Of a DNA stretch of 62,871 nt, positions 47,369-58,043 are shown in pieces. Under the pieces are notes generated by a model. It was not told the DNA's origin and ran no database searches. It saw nothing but the letters and a program-made list of their open reading frames with translations. Source of the stretch: Fibrobacteria bacterium (GTDB taxonomy: Bacteria; Fibrobacterota; Fibrobacteria; UBA11236); assembly GCA_043732185.1 (NCBI GenBank), contig JAYTHY010000107.1, positions 1 through 62,871 on the forward strand. The letters run 5' to 3'. Made by a program: the position numbers and the translations under genes. Positions within the stretch are counted from its first letter, which is position 1. Every line of letters begins with the position of its first letter.

Positions 47369-48739
47369 ATGTCTGTCGGCTTAACAGTAGGCGATTTAAG
47401 AATAAAAATTTTCAAATTTTTTCTTTTGCTAATTGCAATTCTGTGGGCGTTCCCACAGGGAGTTGCTGCTGAACCAGTCGCCGAAGGGCTTGCCCCTAAA
47501 AATTGGGATTTCTACGGGAGCGCCAGGGTTGGTGGGGCACGCTGGCATAAGGCCGACTATTGGAAACAACCGGTTTTGGATAGTGCAGGTAATATAGTCT
47601 CAACAAAAACAGTTGTAGATTCAGTACCAGTAAACCGAAACTATATGGATTTGCAATACAATAGTCGATTTGGTGTTTTAATCAAAAGCGGACCCATGGG
47701 TTTTCATTTTGAATTGGGCTGGATGCCCGGCGTGCAAGATATTGATGTACAAATTATCGGTTCAAATGCTGAGGTGAGCCAAAAGCGTAGGGATGCTTTG
47801 CGCTTGAGACTCCTATACGGAGAATGGAAATTCTACCCCAACTTCAAATTGTTAGTTGGGCAGGATTGGGCAATTACCAATTTCTTCAATAGTAACCAGA
47901 TCTTTTTTATGGATCAGGGATTGGGCTATTCGGGGGAGCTTGGAACAGGACGTAGACCCATGGTCAAGCTAACTTATGCAGAAGAGACCGATCCTGTAAT
48001 AAATTGGAAAGGCGAGGTTGCCGTTGTCAAATCGGATACATCCCAGTTGGCCTTAGGGCAGCCTCCGGATATTGAAGAGGTTCTTCCGAAATTAGAAATT
48101 GGAGGTGAGTTTGGATTCAAGAAGGACTTTTACGGGATTAAACTGCAAGGGGTAGCTGGAATGCAGCAGTACGATTTGGTTGTTTATGCCGACAAAATTG
48201 GAGCGGCAAACGCCGATCGACAATCGATTAAATCACAATTGGTCGGTGGCAATGTCATTCTAAATTTATTCAAAACAACTACAAGCTTTAGCTATACATG
48301 GGGTAAGAATATTGCAGCCTACGGCGTTTGGATTGGCGATCCCGATGGCTCAAAACTGGATGAGCATATCCGCATCTTTTATCCTGTATTTGGAACTACT
48401 GGCCCTACAGACACAATCTCACATATCACCAACGTTTACAGTACGATGGGATCCTTAGTCTTCAATTATCACCCCTTTAAATGGCTTTCTGCAGAGGTCG
48501 GAAGTGGTATGGTTAATGGCCGGCATGAGGAGCAGAGCCGAAAGGCAACAGTGAAAAGCACACTCAATGCAATGAATCGCCTAGCTTATTATGCAAATCT
48601 GCAATTTGCACTCGCGGATGGAAAATTCCTGATTGTACCCGAATACTCCTACAGCGACTTCGGTGGCTTTGGTCAAACGGCAGGGCAGTCTGCCGGACGA
48701 TGGTATGCCTATGGACTTAAATTGCAAATGGATATGTAA
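47369..48739 (+). CDS. Putative outer-membrane porin
   Basis: Signal peptide; WDFYGSAR, SRFG, LRLRLLYG.W..LLVGQDW porin-like motifs; terminal beta-strand. Confidence 0.65.
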   Translation: MSVGLTVGDLRIKIFKFFLLLIAILWAFPQGVAAEPVAEGLAPKNWDFYGSARVGGARWHKADYWKQPVLDSAGNIVSTKTVVDSVPVNRNYMDLQYNSRFGVLIKSGPMGFHFELGWMPGVQDIDVQIIGSNAEVSQKRRDALRLRLLYGEWKFYPNFKLLVGQDWAITNFFNSNQIFFMDQGLGYSGELGTGRRPMVKLTYAEETDPVINWKGEVAVVKSDTSQLALGQPPDIEEVLPKLEIGGEFGFKKDFYGIKLQGVAGMQQYDLVVYADKIGAANADRQSIKSQLVGGNVILNLFKTTTSFSYTWGKNIAAYGVWIGDPDGSKLDEHIRIFYPVFGTTGPTDTISHITNVYSTMGSLVFNYHPFKWLSAEVGSGMVNGRHEEQSRKATVKSTLNAMNRLAYYANLQFALADGKFLIVPEYSYSDFGGFGQTAGQSAGRWYAYGLKLQMDM

Positions 48740-48790
48740 AAGACCGGCTAGTGTAGCGGGTTTACTTCAATAATTACGAAGGGAGACGGT

Positions 48791-51439
48791 GTGAACAAAA
48801 TATTACTTGGTGGAAAAAGACTAACAGGCATTGCATTGAGTTTACTGCTGATGACTATGGCAGGTCACGTTCGGGCAGAAGAAGAGGATGAAGCAACCGA
48901 GGCGGCCAATCACGCTGCGCGCCAAGAAGCCTTGTACAAAGCCGGAGCCTTGCGATTACCGGCCAATTCAGATATTTCCGCCAGAACTCAAGCTTTTGAA
49001 CGCCGAGCAGCCGCAACTTCAGTGGCAGCCAAATGGGAATCGACTGGTCCTTATGGCGTAGGCCGTGTGACCAATTTGGAAGTCGATCCTACCGATGATA
49101 AAATCGTATATATCGGCGCAGGCAGTGGCGGCGTTTGGAAGACTACCGATGGCGGCGCCACTTTTAAGCAGCTTATGAATAATGCAAAGAGTCAAAGCAT
49201 CGGATCCATCGCAATTGCCCCTTCGGACCACAATATCATCTGGGTAGGCACCGGTGAAGGTTGGGGCGGCGGAGGCTCCTTGACGTACGTGGGCGCGGGC
49301 TTGTATAAAAGCGTGGATGGCGGGGCGACATTTCAACCCGCAGGACTGGATTCGTCCTACTATATCGGCAAAGTAGCGATTCATCCTACCAATCCCAATA
49401 TTGTGGTTGTAGCGGTGATGGGTAATTTCTGGCAAAAGGGCGGGTATCGCGGCCTGTACAAAACAATTAATGGTGGCACCACTTGGGAAAAACTCCCAAT
49501 TCCATTGCCTGCTGGCGATGATTCCACTGGTTGTACCGATGTGCATTTCTGGCCAACCGATCCCAACCGCATTTTTGCCAATATGTGGTCGGCGGCGCGT
49601 CAGGTGTATGCACGGAATTGGACAGGGCCGAATAGCCGCGTGTATCGTTCCGACGATGTGGGTGCCACATGGAAAATCCTTGGTGCTGCCGAAGGTCTTC
49701 CAACTACAGACATCGGAAGAAACACCATGAATATTTCGAAATCAAATCCAAATGTCATGTACATGTTCTACTTGGCAGGCAACAATAATTATAAGTCCAT
49801 GTACAAATCCACAAATGGTGGGAACACCTGGGTTGCTACTGGCTCCTCGTTGCCGACTTCCATTTTTTCCTTTTACGCACAGTCCTTCTGCCAAATTCAA
49901 ATAAACCCCATTAATCCCGACGATGTTATCGTCTCGGCAATAACAAGCTACCGCACGACGAGTGGCGGTGCGAGCTGGACTCAATGTTTCATTAACAACC
50001 ATGCGGATAGCCGGGCCTTTAGCTGGGCTACCAAGGATAATAATCTCTTTTATTCCGGTGATGATGGCGGCTTTTCGGTCAGTACTACCGGCCCTAACGG
50101 CACCTTCGTCTACAAAGGAACCGGACCAGGGGGATTGGAAATGGCGCAGGCCTACACCATGGACATCGCTCCTGACAATTCCGATTACCGCTATATCGGA
50201 ATGCAGGATGACTTTGTACAAATGACATCCAACGCAGGCGCAAGCTGGCAGCAAATTATCCCCGGTGACGGAATGTGTGTCAAAATCGATCATGGAGCGC
50301 CAACGAATGTAATTGGTTGTTACCAGGATGGTCATTTCATGCGCTCGAGTACCCGCGGCACAGGTGCAGTAGCTGTAACGGGCTTTACCGGACGGGGTCC
50401 TTGGGATGCCCCCGTGGACATCGACCCCTCCAATGGGATGAGTTATATCGGCAGCGAATTCGTCCAAAGAGCACCGCGCGGCTCTGGCAATTACACCGCC
50501 ATCAGCCCAGACCTGACAAACGGAGATCATTCTGTCTCCAGTTATAAATATGGCACGGTACAAGCCATTGCAGCCTTCAATGGAGTAGTCTATGCGGGCA
50601 CCGATGACGGCAATGTTTGGGTGAGCAAAAACGCCAGCACTTCTCCCACTTGGACACGCATTCGCAACGGCAATGGCACGGGCCCTGGCACCGGTGAACG
50701 AAGCTATGACGGCTGGATCAAGGAAATCACGATCGATCAATCGATTCCCGATGCAAGCAATGCCTATGTCGCCGTTACCTATATGCGCTGGGGCCAGCAA
50801 TACTGGAAACCCGCTGCGTTTAAAGTAACCAACTGGGGATTGGGTGGAACGGCCTCCGCGGATTGGAAGGATATTTCCGGAGATATGCCTCGGAATGTGT
50901 CCATCAATCAAGTGATCAAGGATAATGCCCCCACGCGAGCCGGATGGCTTTATGCAGCCACGGAATATGGCGTCTATATCTCCACCAATGGCGGTGTCAA
51001 CTGGAATTGGTTGGGCGACAAGTCTTTGCCGATTATCACCGTCAACTGCATGTCCTTGCATATCGCCACTGACTACCTCTATATTGGTACGTATGGACGT
51101 GGCATCTGGCGCATCAATCTTGCGGACCCGGCGGTCAGGACCGCTGCCTTGGCTCCTGCGCCCACCGCACAGATTCTGAAAAGCTTTCCTAATCCGATTA
51201 CTCTAAACGGAAAAATTCAATTCATGGTCAGAAATGAACAAGTTTTGCAGGTAGCCGTTTATGATTACTCGGGTCGTATTGTCAAAACCCTTTTCAATAA
51301 ACAAGTATCCGGTAACAAGTTATACGCCGTGAACTGGGATCGCACAAACGACAAAGGGACCAAGGTGCTTGCAGGACAATACCTTCTACGCGCCGTAGGG
51401 GATAAAGTCACTTTGGCCAAGAACATCGAAGTCCGTTAA
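48791..51439 (+). CDS. Secreted BNR/sortilin-like beta-propeller protein with FlgD-Ig/T9SS-type CTD (paralog 1)
   Basis: Repeated Asp-boxes (KTTDGGATF, RSDDVGATW, STNGG.NW); FPNP..YDYSGR..WD..G.Y. Confidence 0.85.
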   Translation: MNKILLGGKRLTGIALSLLLMTMAGHVRAEEEDEATEAANHAARQEALYKAGALRLPANSDISARTQAFERRAAATSVAAKWESTGPYGVGRVTNLEVDPTDDKIVYIGAGSGGVWKTTDGGATFKQLMNNAKSQSIGSIAIAPSDHNIIWVGTGEGWGGGGSLTYVGAGLYKSVDGGATFQPAGLDSSYYIGKVAIHPTNPNIVVVAVMGNFWQKGGYRGLYKTINGGTTWEKLPIPLPAGDDSTGCTDVHFWPTDPNRIFANMWSAARQVYARNWTGPNSRVYRSDDVGATWKILGAAEGLPTTDIGRNTMNISKSNPNVMYMFYLAGNNNYKSMYKSTNGGNTWVATGSSLPTSIFSFYAQSFCQIQINPINPDDVIVSAITSYRTTSGGASWTQCFINNHADSRAFSWATKDNNLFYSGDDGGFSVSTTGPNGTFVYKGTGPGGLEMAQAYTMDIAPDNSDYRYIGMQDDFVQMTSNAGASWQQIIPGDGMCVKIDHGAPTNVIGCYQDGHFMRSSTRGTGAVAVTGFTGRGPWDAPVDIDPSNGMSYIGSEFVQRAPRGSGNYTAISPDLTNGDHSVSSYKYGTVQAIAAFNGVVYAGTDDGNVWVSKNASTSPTWTRIRNGNGTGPGTGERSYDGWIKEITIDQSIPDASNAYVAVTYMRWGQQYWKPAAFKVTNWGLGGTASADWKDISGDMPRNVSINQVIKDNAPTRAGWLYAATEYGVYISTNGGVNWNWLGDKSLPIITVNCMSLHIATDYLYIGTYGRGIWRINLADPAVRTAALAPAPTAQILKSFPNPITLNGKIQFMVRNEQVLQVAVYDYSGRIVKTLFNKQVSGNKLYAVNWDRTNDKGTKVLAGQYLLRAVGDKVTLAKNIEVR

Positions 51440-51493
51440 TCTGTTGGAGGACGGTACCCACGAACCGTGGGGCCGGCTTGGGGTGTTGGTTTC

Positions 51494-51982
51494 ATGAAAA
51501 TACGCCTGGCCATATTTTTTTGGGCTCTTAGCCAATGTATGTGCTCGGCACCGCCCACGCCTCCATCAAAACTTTCGGCTCCCAAGCAGGATTACAGTCT
51601 TGTGGCAAGGCCCCGGGTAAAAGAGCTTTCCGCTGACATGGAAAAGGCCGTGCTCCAGCACGACACGGCAGCTATCCTGAACATGCTGGATCCCGAATAT
51701 AAAGCCAAGGAACTTATCAAGTTTCACAATGGCATTCCCGGCCCTTTTCTGGACAGTTTTTTTTGCGGACGCGTATTAGGCATGGACCAATATTTTTGCC
51801 TCGATTTTAAAGATATCAGCGCCATCAAAAATACTGGTATGGAAATAGAGGACGCAACAGCCCGTGTCCAGTATGTCGTAAAATCGTCCGCGCATGAAAT
51901 CGAAACCCATCTACAAGTGACACTACAAAAAGGCGAGCCCATTGGATGGATAGGGTCCAGAGGATTTACTCAAGTTGAATAA
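51494..51982 (+). CDS. Hypothetical exported protein/lipoprotein
   Basis: Signal-like N-terminus with Cys; lies between the paralogs. Confidence 0.6.
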   Translation: MKIRLAIFFWALSQCMCSAPPTPPSKLSAPKQDYSLVARPRVKELSADMEKAVLQHDTAAILNMLDPEYKAKELIKFHNGIPGPFLDSFFCGRVLGMDQYFCLDFKDISAIKNTGMEIEDATARVQYVVKSSAHEIETHLQVTLQKGEPIGWIGSRGFTQVE

Positions 51983-52022
51983 AATATCGCTAGACCCAAT
52001 TAGCGCGCTTCAAGGAAAACAT

Positions 52023-54668
52023 ATGACCTACATGAACCTTTCCCTTCCGAAATTATCTGGGATGCTTTTAGCAATTCTGGTTTTGGGGACTCTGAATATC
52101 CGAGCCGAATCCGGCGAAGAAGAATCAGCCCAAGAAAGTAAAGCGATACGGCAGGAAGCCTTGCTCAAGGCAGGGGTGTTGCGAGTCCCTGGAAGTTCCG
52201 ATATTTCCGCCCGAACCCAAGTCTATGAGCGTCGGCAGTCGGTATCGTCTGCAGCAGTGAAATGGGAGTCCACTGGACCTTACGGGGTAGGACGAATCGC
52301 GAATGTGGTCGTGGACCCAAGTGATGATAAAATCGTTTATGCTACCGGGGCCATGAGTGGATTGTGGAAAACCACGGATGGTGGAGCTACCTGGAAACAG
52401 TTGATGAATGACGCGAAAAGCCAAAGTATCGGCAGCTTGGCTCTGGCTCCATCAAACCACAATATCATTTGGGTGGGCACTGGGGAAGCAACTGGCGGGG
52501 GCGGGGCGCTTTCCTACCCTGGAGCGGGCATGTACAAGAGTTTGGACGGGGGTGCGACATTCCAACCCGCTGGCTTGGATTCCTCCTTTTACATTGGCCG
52601 TGTAGCGGTTCATCCTACCGATCCCAATATCGTACTCGTAGCCGTTATGGGCAATTATTGGCAAAAGGGAGGTTACCGAGGTGTTTATCGGACGCTCAAT
52701 GGTGGCGCCACCTGGGAGAAGCTGGCCATTCCCTTACCCGCCGGAGACGATTCTACCGGCTGTACGGACGTGCATTTCTGGCCCACAGATCCCAACCGCA
52801 TATTCGTCAATATGTGGTCCGCTGCCCGGCAGGTGTATGCCCGCAATTGGAGCGGACCCAATAGCCGAGTCTACCGTTCGGATGATGGCGGCGGAACATG
52901 GAAGGCACTGGGAGCTGCCGAAGGTTTGCCTACAACGGATATCGGTCGCAACACCATGAGCATTTCCAAATCCAATCCCAACGTCATGTATATCTTCTAT
53001 TTGGCGGGAAACAACAATTACAAATCCATGTTTCGGTCCTCCAATGGAGGCAATACTTGGGTCGCTACCGCCACTTCCCTACCCACTTCCATTTTCTCTT
53101 TTTATGCCCAGTCCTTCTGCCAATTGCAGATCAATCCCACCAATCCTGATGATCTCATTGTCGCGGCCATCACCAGCTACCGATCGACCAACGGGGGCTC
53201 TAGCTGGAGCCAGTGTTTTCTAAACAACCATGCCGATAGCCGCGCGTTCAACTGGGGACAGAATAACACGAATATCTTCTATTCCGGTGATGACGGTGGC
53301 TTCAGCTCTGGGGCCGCCGGTCCAAACGGAACATTCACTTATAGGGGAACGGGTCCCGGAGGATTGGAACTGAGCCAGATCTACATGATGGATATTGCTC
53401 CGGACAACTCCAACTATAGATATATCGGGATGCAAGACAACTATGTCCAAATGACAAGCGATGGTGGCGCAACTTGGCAACAAATCATCGGCGGGGACGG
53501 CATGTGCGTCAAAGTGGACTATGGGGCACCAACCAACGTGGTCGGATGCTTTCAACAGGGCAATTATCTGCATTCCAGTTCCAGAGGTGCCGGAATGGTC
53601 GCCATTACCGGCTTTGCCGGGCGAGGCGCTTGGGATGGCCCAGTGGATATCGACCCTTCAAACGGAATGAGCTATATCGGGAGCCAGTTTGTTCAGCGCG
53701 CCATCCGAGGTTCAGGCAACTATACCACGATAAGTCCGGATTTATCCAACGGCGATCACTCCGTTTCAAACTATGGCTATGGCACGGTACAGGCTATTGC
53801 CGCTTTCAATGGGGTAGTTTATGCCGGCACCGATGACGGAAATGTTTGGGTGAGCAAAAATGCCAGTACCGCGCCCACTTGGACTCGCATTCGCAATGGC
53901 AATGGAACCGGGCCCGGCACTGGCGAACGCAGTTATGACGGTTGGATAAAGGAAATATCCATCGATCAATCGGTTCCGGCGGCCAGCACAGCCTTTGTGG
54001 CCATATCCTATATGCGATGGGGCCACGGTTTTTGGAAGCCGGCAGCCTACCAACTAACCAACTTTGGCCTGGGAGGTACGGCTTCAGCGGATTGGAAGGA
54101 TATCTCCGGAGACCTACCCCGCAATGTTTCCATCAACAAAATCATTAAGGACAATGCACCAGCTAGGGCCGGCTGGCTCTATGCAGCCACGGAATACGGC
54201 GTCTATTTTTCAACTAATGGGGGCATCAACTGGAATTGGTTGGGTGACAAATCCTTACCCATCATAACCGTCAACGACATGATATTGCATGCGGCAACCA
54301 ACTACCTCTACGTCGGCACCTATGGCCGCGGCATCTGGCGCATCAATTTGGCGGACCCGACAGTTGGCACGGCAGCTGGATCCCTTACGGCCTCCAAACA
54401 AATCCTCAAAAACTTTCCCAACCCGATTGCGTCCAGTTCAAAAATCCAATTTCAAGTGAAGGATACGCAAGCCTTACAAGTCGCCATCTATGATTTTTCA
54501 GGACGGAACTTAAGAACCCTGTACCATAACAAAGTCACTGCGAACAAGCTCTATGCATTGACTTGGGACCGGAAGGATGCTCAGGGGGACCGGGTACCAT
54601 CCGGTCAATATATACTGAGGGCATTTGGAGACAATGTCACCATGGCAAAGGCCATTGAATTGCGGTAA
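52023..54668 (+). CDS. Secreted BNR/sortilin-like beta-propeller protein with FlgD-Ig/T9SS-type CTD (paralog 2)
   Basis: Colinear with and highly similar to 48791..51439. Confidence 0.85.
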   Translation: MTYMNLSLPKLSGMLLAILVLGTLNIRAESGEEESAQESKAIRQEALLKAGVLRVPGSSDISARTQVYERRQSVSSAAVKWESTGPYGVGRIANVVVDPSDDKIVYATGAMSGLWKTTDGGATWKQLMNDAKSQSIGSLALAPSNHNIIWVGTGEATGGGGALSYPGAGMYKSLDGGATFQPAGLDSSFYIGRVAVHPTDPNIVLVAVMGNYWQKGGYRGVYRTLNGGATWEKLAIPLPAGDDSTGCTDVHFWPTDPNRIFVNMWSAARQVYARNWSGPNSRVYRSDDGGGTWKALGAAEGLPTTDIGRNTMSISKSNPNVMYIFYLAGNNNYKSMFRSSNGGNTWVATATSLPTSIFSFYAQSFCQLQINPTNPDDLIVAAITSYRSTNGGSSWSQCFLNNHADSRAFNWGQNNTNIFYSGDDGGFSSGAAGPNGTFTYRGTGPGGLELSQIYMMDIAPDNSNYRYIGMQDNYVQMTSDGGATWQQIIGGDGMCVKVDYGAPTNVVGCFQQGNYLHSSSRGAGMVAITGFAGRGAWDGPVDIDPSNGMSYIGSQFVQRAIRGSGNYTTISPDLSNGDHSVSNYGYGTVQAIAAFNGVVYAGTDDGNVWVSKNASTAPTWTRIRNGNGTGPGTGERSYDGWIKEISIDQSVPAASTAFVAISYMRWGHGFWKPAAYQLTNFGLGGTASADWKDISGDLPRNVSINKIIKDNAPARAGWLYAATEYGVYFSTNGGINWNWLGDKSLPIITVNDMILHAATNYLYVGTYGRGIWRINLADPTVGTAAGSLTASKQILKNFPNPIASSSKIQFQVKDTQALQVAIYDFSGRNLRTLYHNKVTANKLYALTWDRKDAQGDRVPSGQYILRAFGDNVTMAKAIELR

Positions 54669-54672
54669 AAAA

Positions 54673-54750
54673 TGGTCGGGGCGACAGGATTCGAACCTAC
54701 GACCCTCAGCTCCCAAAGCTGATGCTCTAGCCAGACTGAGCTACGCCCCG
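54673..54750 (-). tRNA. tRNA-Pro(TGG)
   Basis: CGGGGCGTAGCTCAGTCTGGCTAGAGCATCAGCTTTGGGAGCTGAGGGTCGTAGGTTCGAATCCTGTCGCCCCGACCA. Confidence 0.97.
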
Positions 54751-54840
54751 ATTTTGGTAAAGCTACTAAAAAGCCCTCGCCTCTCCCAGGGATTCGGCAA
54801 GTATCCTAGGAAAAGGTTTTCTCCGGGGACTTTTGGAGTT

Positions 54841-55842
54841 TTATGAGATCAAGGCCACTGGCTTCGGTTGCTTATCAAGCCATTCATTTTTAGGACCCTG
54901 TTCTCGGTCTGCCAAGGGAAAGGGTCGCAATATCCGCTCTGGAACGGGCTTTAAATCCCAAATCAGGGATAACTTTTCCAGAAGCCTAAGCCCATAATAG
55001 GTGATATCGATTTCCCACCAATAAAAGCCTTGTCTGGTGGAATTGCAATAATGATGATGATTATTATGCCAGCCTTCGCCCAGGGTTATGAGAGCCAACA
55101 GAAAATTGTTTCGGCTGGTATCGCTGGTTTTATACCGTCGAGAACCGAATACGTGGGACAGGGAATTGATGGTGGCGACCCCGTGGAAAAGGACAACCGT
55201 GGAAACGCAAAAGCCCCAGACAAACATTTGCAAGGCATTGGTACCAAGACCCGGGAAAAAATAGTGGAGAAAAGAACCGAGCAGCAACATTGCGGCGCCC
55301 AAGGATATCGGCGCCAGGGCATCGAATCGATCTAAAAAAAGTAGTTCGGGGAATTTCACTAGATCCGGTACCAGAGCGGTGCGCGTGGGGATATTTTTTC
55401 TTCGGCTCCACCATAAAATATGGCTGTTCCAGAATCCGGTATGCAAAGGGGAATGGATGTCTTCGGCTTCATCGGAATAGCGATGGTGATGACGATGATG
55501 AGCCGACCACCAAAGCGGCCCTCGCTGGGCCGCTGAGTTTCCCAAAAATACCAAGAAGAATTGAAACCACCGAGAGGTTTTATAGGTACGATGCGAAAGA
55601 TAGCGGTGATACACTCCGGTAATGCCGAACATACGGATGGCATAGAGAAATAACGCCACGGATACGGCCGTCCAGCTCCATCCCACAAAAAAAACAGCAC
55701 AAACGGATAGCGTCAATAGAGCAAAAGGAACCGGCCAAACCCACTGGTCTTGATTCGGATGGCCTTTTTCAGCTTCAGCCTGAGCATAAGCATCGAACCA
55801 GGAAACGACTCGTCGTAAAAGCGTGGGTGTTGGCGGGTGCAT
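54841..55842 (-). CDS. Acyl-CoA (delta-9 type) fatty acid desaturase
   Basis: His boxes HRYLSH, HHRHHH, GEGWHNNHH. Confidence 0.93.
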   Translation of the reverse strand: MHPPTPTLLRRVVSWFDAYAQAEAEKGHPNQDQWVWPVPFALLTLSVCAVFFVGWSWTAVSVALFLYAIRMFGITGVYHRYLSHRTYKTSRWFQFFLVFLGNSAAQRGPLWWSAHHRHHHRYSDEAEDIHSPLHTGFWNSHILWWSRRKNIPTRTALVPDLVKFPELLFLDRFDALAPISLGAAMLLLGSFLHYFFPGLGTNALQMFVWGFCVSTVVLFHGVATINSLSHVFGSRRYKTSDTSRNNFLLALITLGEGWHNNHHHYCNSTRQGFYWWEIDITYYGLRLLEKLSLIWDLKPVPERILRPFPLADREQGPKNEWLDKQPKPVALIS

Positions 55843-56069
55843 GCGACCATCCTTGAAATAATTAAAATCGAAATTTGCTTCTTAGACCAATTAAACCAAT
55901 AAATAGCAGCGGCACCTAGGGGGCGAGCCCAGAAATTACAAGTCCTTACAGATACAATTTTTTACAAGTTGAAAATCCGTCGAATTTTACCATTCCCTAT
56001 GGAAGCGTAAAATCGGATAATCTCCCGACGAACTCGCCAAATGGCGTTATTTGATTATGGAGGTCTCCG

Positions 56070-56483
56070 GTGAAGCCCAAACGCCTACTTTTACTCATGA
56101 CCCTAATGCTTTTCAATTGTCAAAAGGTTGGGAAACTTGGGGCGGGGAAATACGATGTCTACGACCAGGAATACAGTAGTCAAAATTACCTGCTGGAAAG
56201 AAAATTTACAGACCAAGGTGCTTTCGAAGAATCGCACACTATCGACCATTGTCTCTTGATGGATATGCGGGGAAAATGGAAACAGGATGGCAATACACTA
56301 ACTCTAAAGTATACTCAGATGAGAAACCGGCCTACCTGTCACGATTCCTTGCCGACTTGGGACCAAGATTCTGCGGAGCTGAAAATCCCCATTCGGAATG
56401 TTGATGCTTCAACCTATGAATCCATGCTGGCCGCTTCAGACGGCAAGCCAGCCAAGTGGATTAAATGGAATCGAGTGGATTAA
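56070..56483 (+). CDS. Hypothetical lipoprotein (lipocalin-like beta fold possible)
   Basis: GGAGG RBS; lipobox-like LFNC; G.W..DGNTLTL. Confidence 0.6.
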   Translation: MKPKRLLLLMTLMLFNCQKVGKLGAGKYDVYDQEYSSQNYLLERKFTDQGAFEESHTIDHCLLMDMRGKWKQDGNTLTLKYTQMRNRPTCHDSLPTWDQDSAELKIPIRNVDASTYESMLAASDGKPAKWIKWNRVD

Positions 56484-56533
56484 CTTTCCCGCTCGATAAA
56501 AATTAGCCGTCCCAAATGATGTTGGAAAAGATT

Positions 56534-57838
56534 TTATAAACGCTTGCGAATGGCCTGGGCGTGGTGATGGAAGCCTTCGGCATCTGCTAAGGCTGCGATG
56601 AGGGGACCGTTTTTACGCAAGGCTTTGCTGGTGTATTCGATTATACTTGTGCGTTTATAGAAGTCGTAAGTGCCTAGAGGTGAAAAAAAGCGCGCGGAAC
56701 CATTGGTAGGCAGCACATGGTTTGGACCTGCGAAGTAATCACCAACGGGCTCGGAGGAATGCGCACCGATAAAAATTGCCCCTGCATTTTGAATACCTTT
56801 GGCTAATGCATGGGGATTTTTTGTTTGGATTTCCAAATGTTCGGGAGCGATAGCATCGGCTAATGCACAGCCAAGCTTCCAATCCTTCACTATATAAATT
56901 CGGCCAAATCGGTTCAGGCTTTTCTCTAGAATGGCGCGCTTGGGTGATGCGATTACCTGTTGGTCTACGCAGTCCGCTATACTTTGCGCGGCCTTTTCCG
57001 ATGTGGTGATACAGATGGCGGCTTCGTATCCGGAACCGTGTTCCGCCTGGGAAAGCATGTCCGCGGCAATCCAATCGGGGTCGGCGGAATCGTCGGCGAG
57101 CACCAAAATTTCCGATGGACCAGCTATCATATCGATATCCACGGCCCCAAAAACTTCTTTTTTGGCTAGGGTGGAAAACACATTTCCTGGGCCTACAATT
57201 TTATCGACCCGCTCCACGCGAGAGGTGCCATAAGCCAACATGGCAATGGCCTGTGCGCCACCGATGCGATAGACTTCCGTTATTCCCAATTCTAGCAGGG
57301 TAAAGGCAATACTAGGATGAATGCCCATCGGTGCCGGAGTTACCACCACGATGTCCTTCACTCCAGCGACTTGAGCAGGTACCGAGTTCATGATCAAAGT
57401 GGAGGGATAGGTGCCTGAGCCACCCGGCACATACACACCCACGCGTCGCAAAGGCCGAATCCTCTGACCCAATGTTTCGCCATGCCGACCGAGCACAGTC
57501 CAGGATTTTTCCTGTTGCAATTTATGAAAGCGCCGAACGTTGGCGATGGCAGTACGAATTGCCCGCTTAACCATCGGGTCCAATAGCCCAGCCTTCTTCC
57601 GAATGTCCGTGGACGTAACTTTAAGGGAACCTACCAGGCCGTCGTGTTGCTTGGCCAAACGAAGAACCGAAGCGTGGCCCTTGGATTTGACTTCGTTTAA
57701 AATGCTCTTTACAGTTTCGGAAATTTCTTTGGACGGACTGGGTTCGCGTCCAGTGAGTACAGCAACATCAGAATGCTTTAGGGAGGAAATAGAAAGGATG
57801 CGAATCGAGCGAGTTTTGATCATCGGTAATCGTGCCAT
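56534..57838 (-). CDS. hisD: Histidinol dehydrogenase
   Basis: YVPGG..YPS; GPGN; IDMIAGPSE; SQAEH; APEHLE; GDYFAGPNHVLPT. Confidence 0.97.
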   Translation of the reverse strand: MARLPMIKTRSIRILSISSLKHSDVAVLTGREPSPSKEISETVKSILNEVKSKGHASVLRLAKQHDGLVGSLKVTSTDIRKKAGLLDPMVKRAIRTAIANVRRFHKLQQEKSWTVLGRHGETLGQRIRPLRRVGVYVPGGSGTYPSTLIMNSVPAQVAGVKDIVVVTPAPMGIHPSIAFTLLELGITEVYRIGGAQAIAMLAYGTSRVERVDKIVGPGNVFSTLAKKEVFGAVDIDMIAGPSEILVLADDSADPDWIAADMLSQAEHGSGYEAAICITTSEKAAQSIADCVDQQVIASPKRAILEKSLNRFGRIYIVKDWKLGCALADAIAPEHLEIQTKNPHALAKGIQNAGAIFIGAHSSEPVGDYFAGPNHVLPTNGSARFFSPLGTYDFYKRTSIIEYTSKALRKNGPLIAALADAEGFHHHAQAIRKRL

Positions 57839-58043
57839 TTTTCTTGAGGGATATTTTCTGGTCTCTTTAAATGTCTTTATCTTTTATCGAATATCCAAGG
57901 TTTTCTGAGGACCCAATCTTAACTTGGCAATGGATAAACACCCCCTTTCCTGCCTATCCGAAATTTCATTGACATCAAGATTCGCCAGCTCATAGGCTAA
58001 TTGATGGAACCGCCAAATTAACGCACAGGAAAGCCAACCAGCA

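Noticed and set aside
49742..51061. 439-aa antisense ORF
   Set aside because: Shadow of the Gly/Thr-rich propeller gene; the paralog's antisense frame is broken into short pieces.
48791..54668. Diversity-generating retroelement TR/VR pair
   Set aside because: Similarity spans whole genes, differences are not adenine-specific, and the only RT trace is a group II intron stub.
47200..54750. Island integrated at tRNA-Pro
   Set aside because: No integrase and no duplicated tRNA-Pro 3' end found by eye; the short CGGGGCGACA at 49321 is inside a codon-constrained gene.
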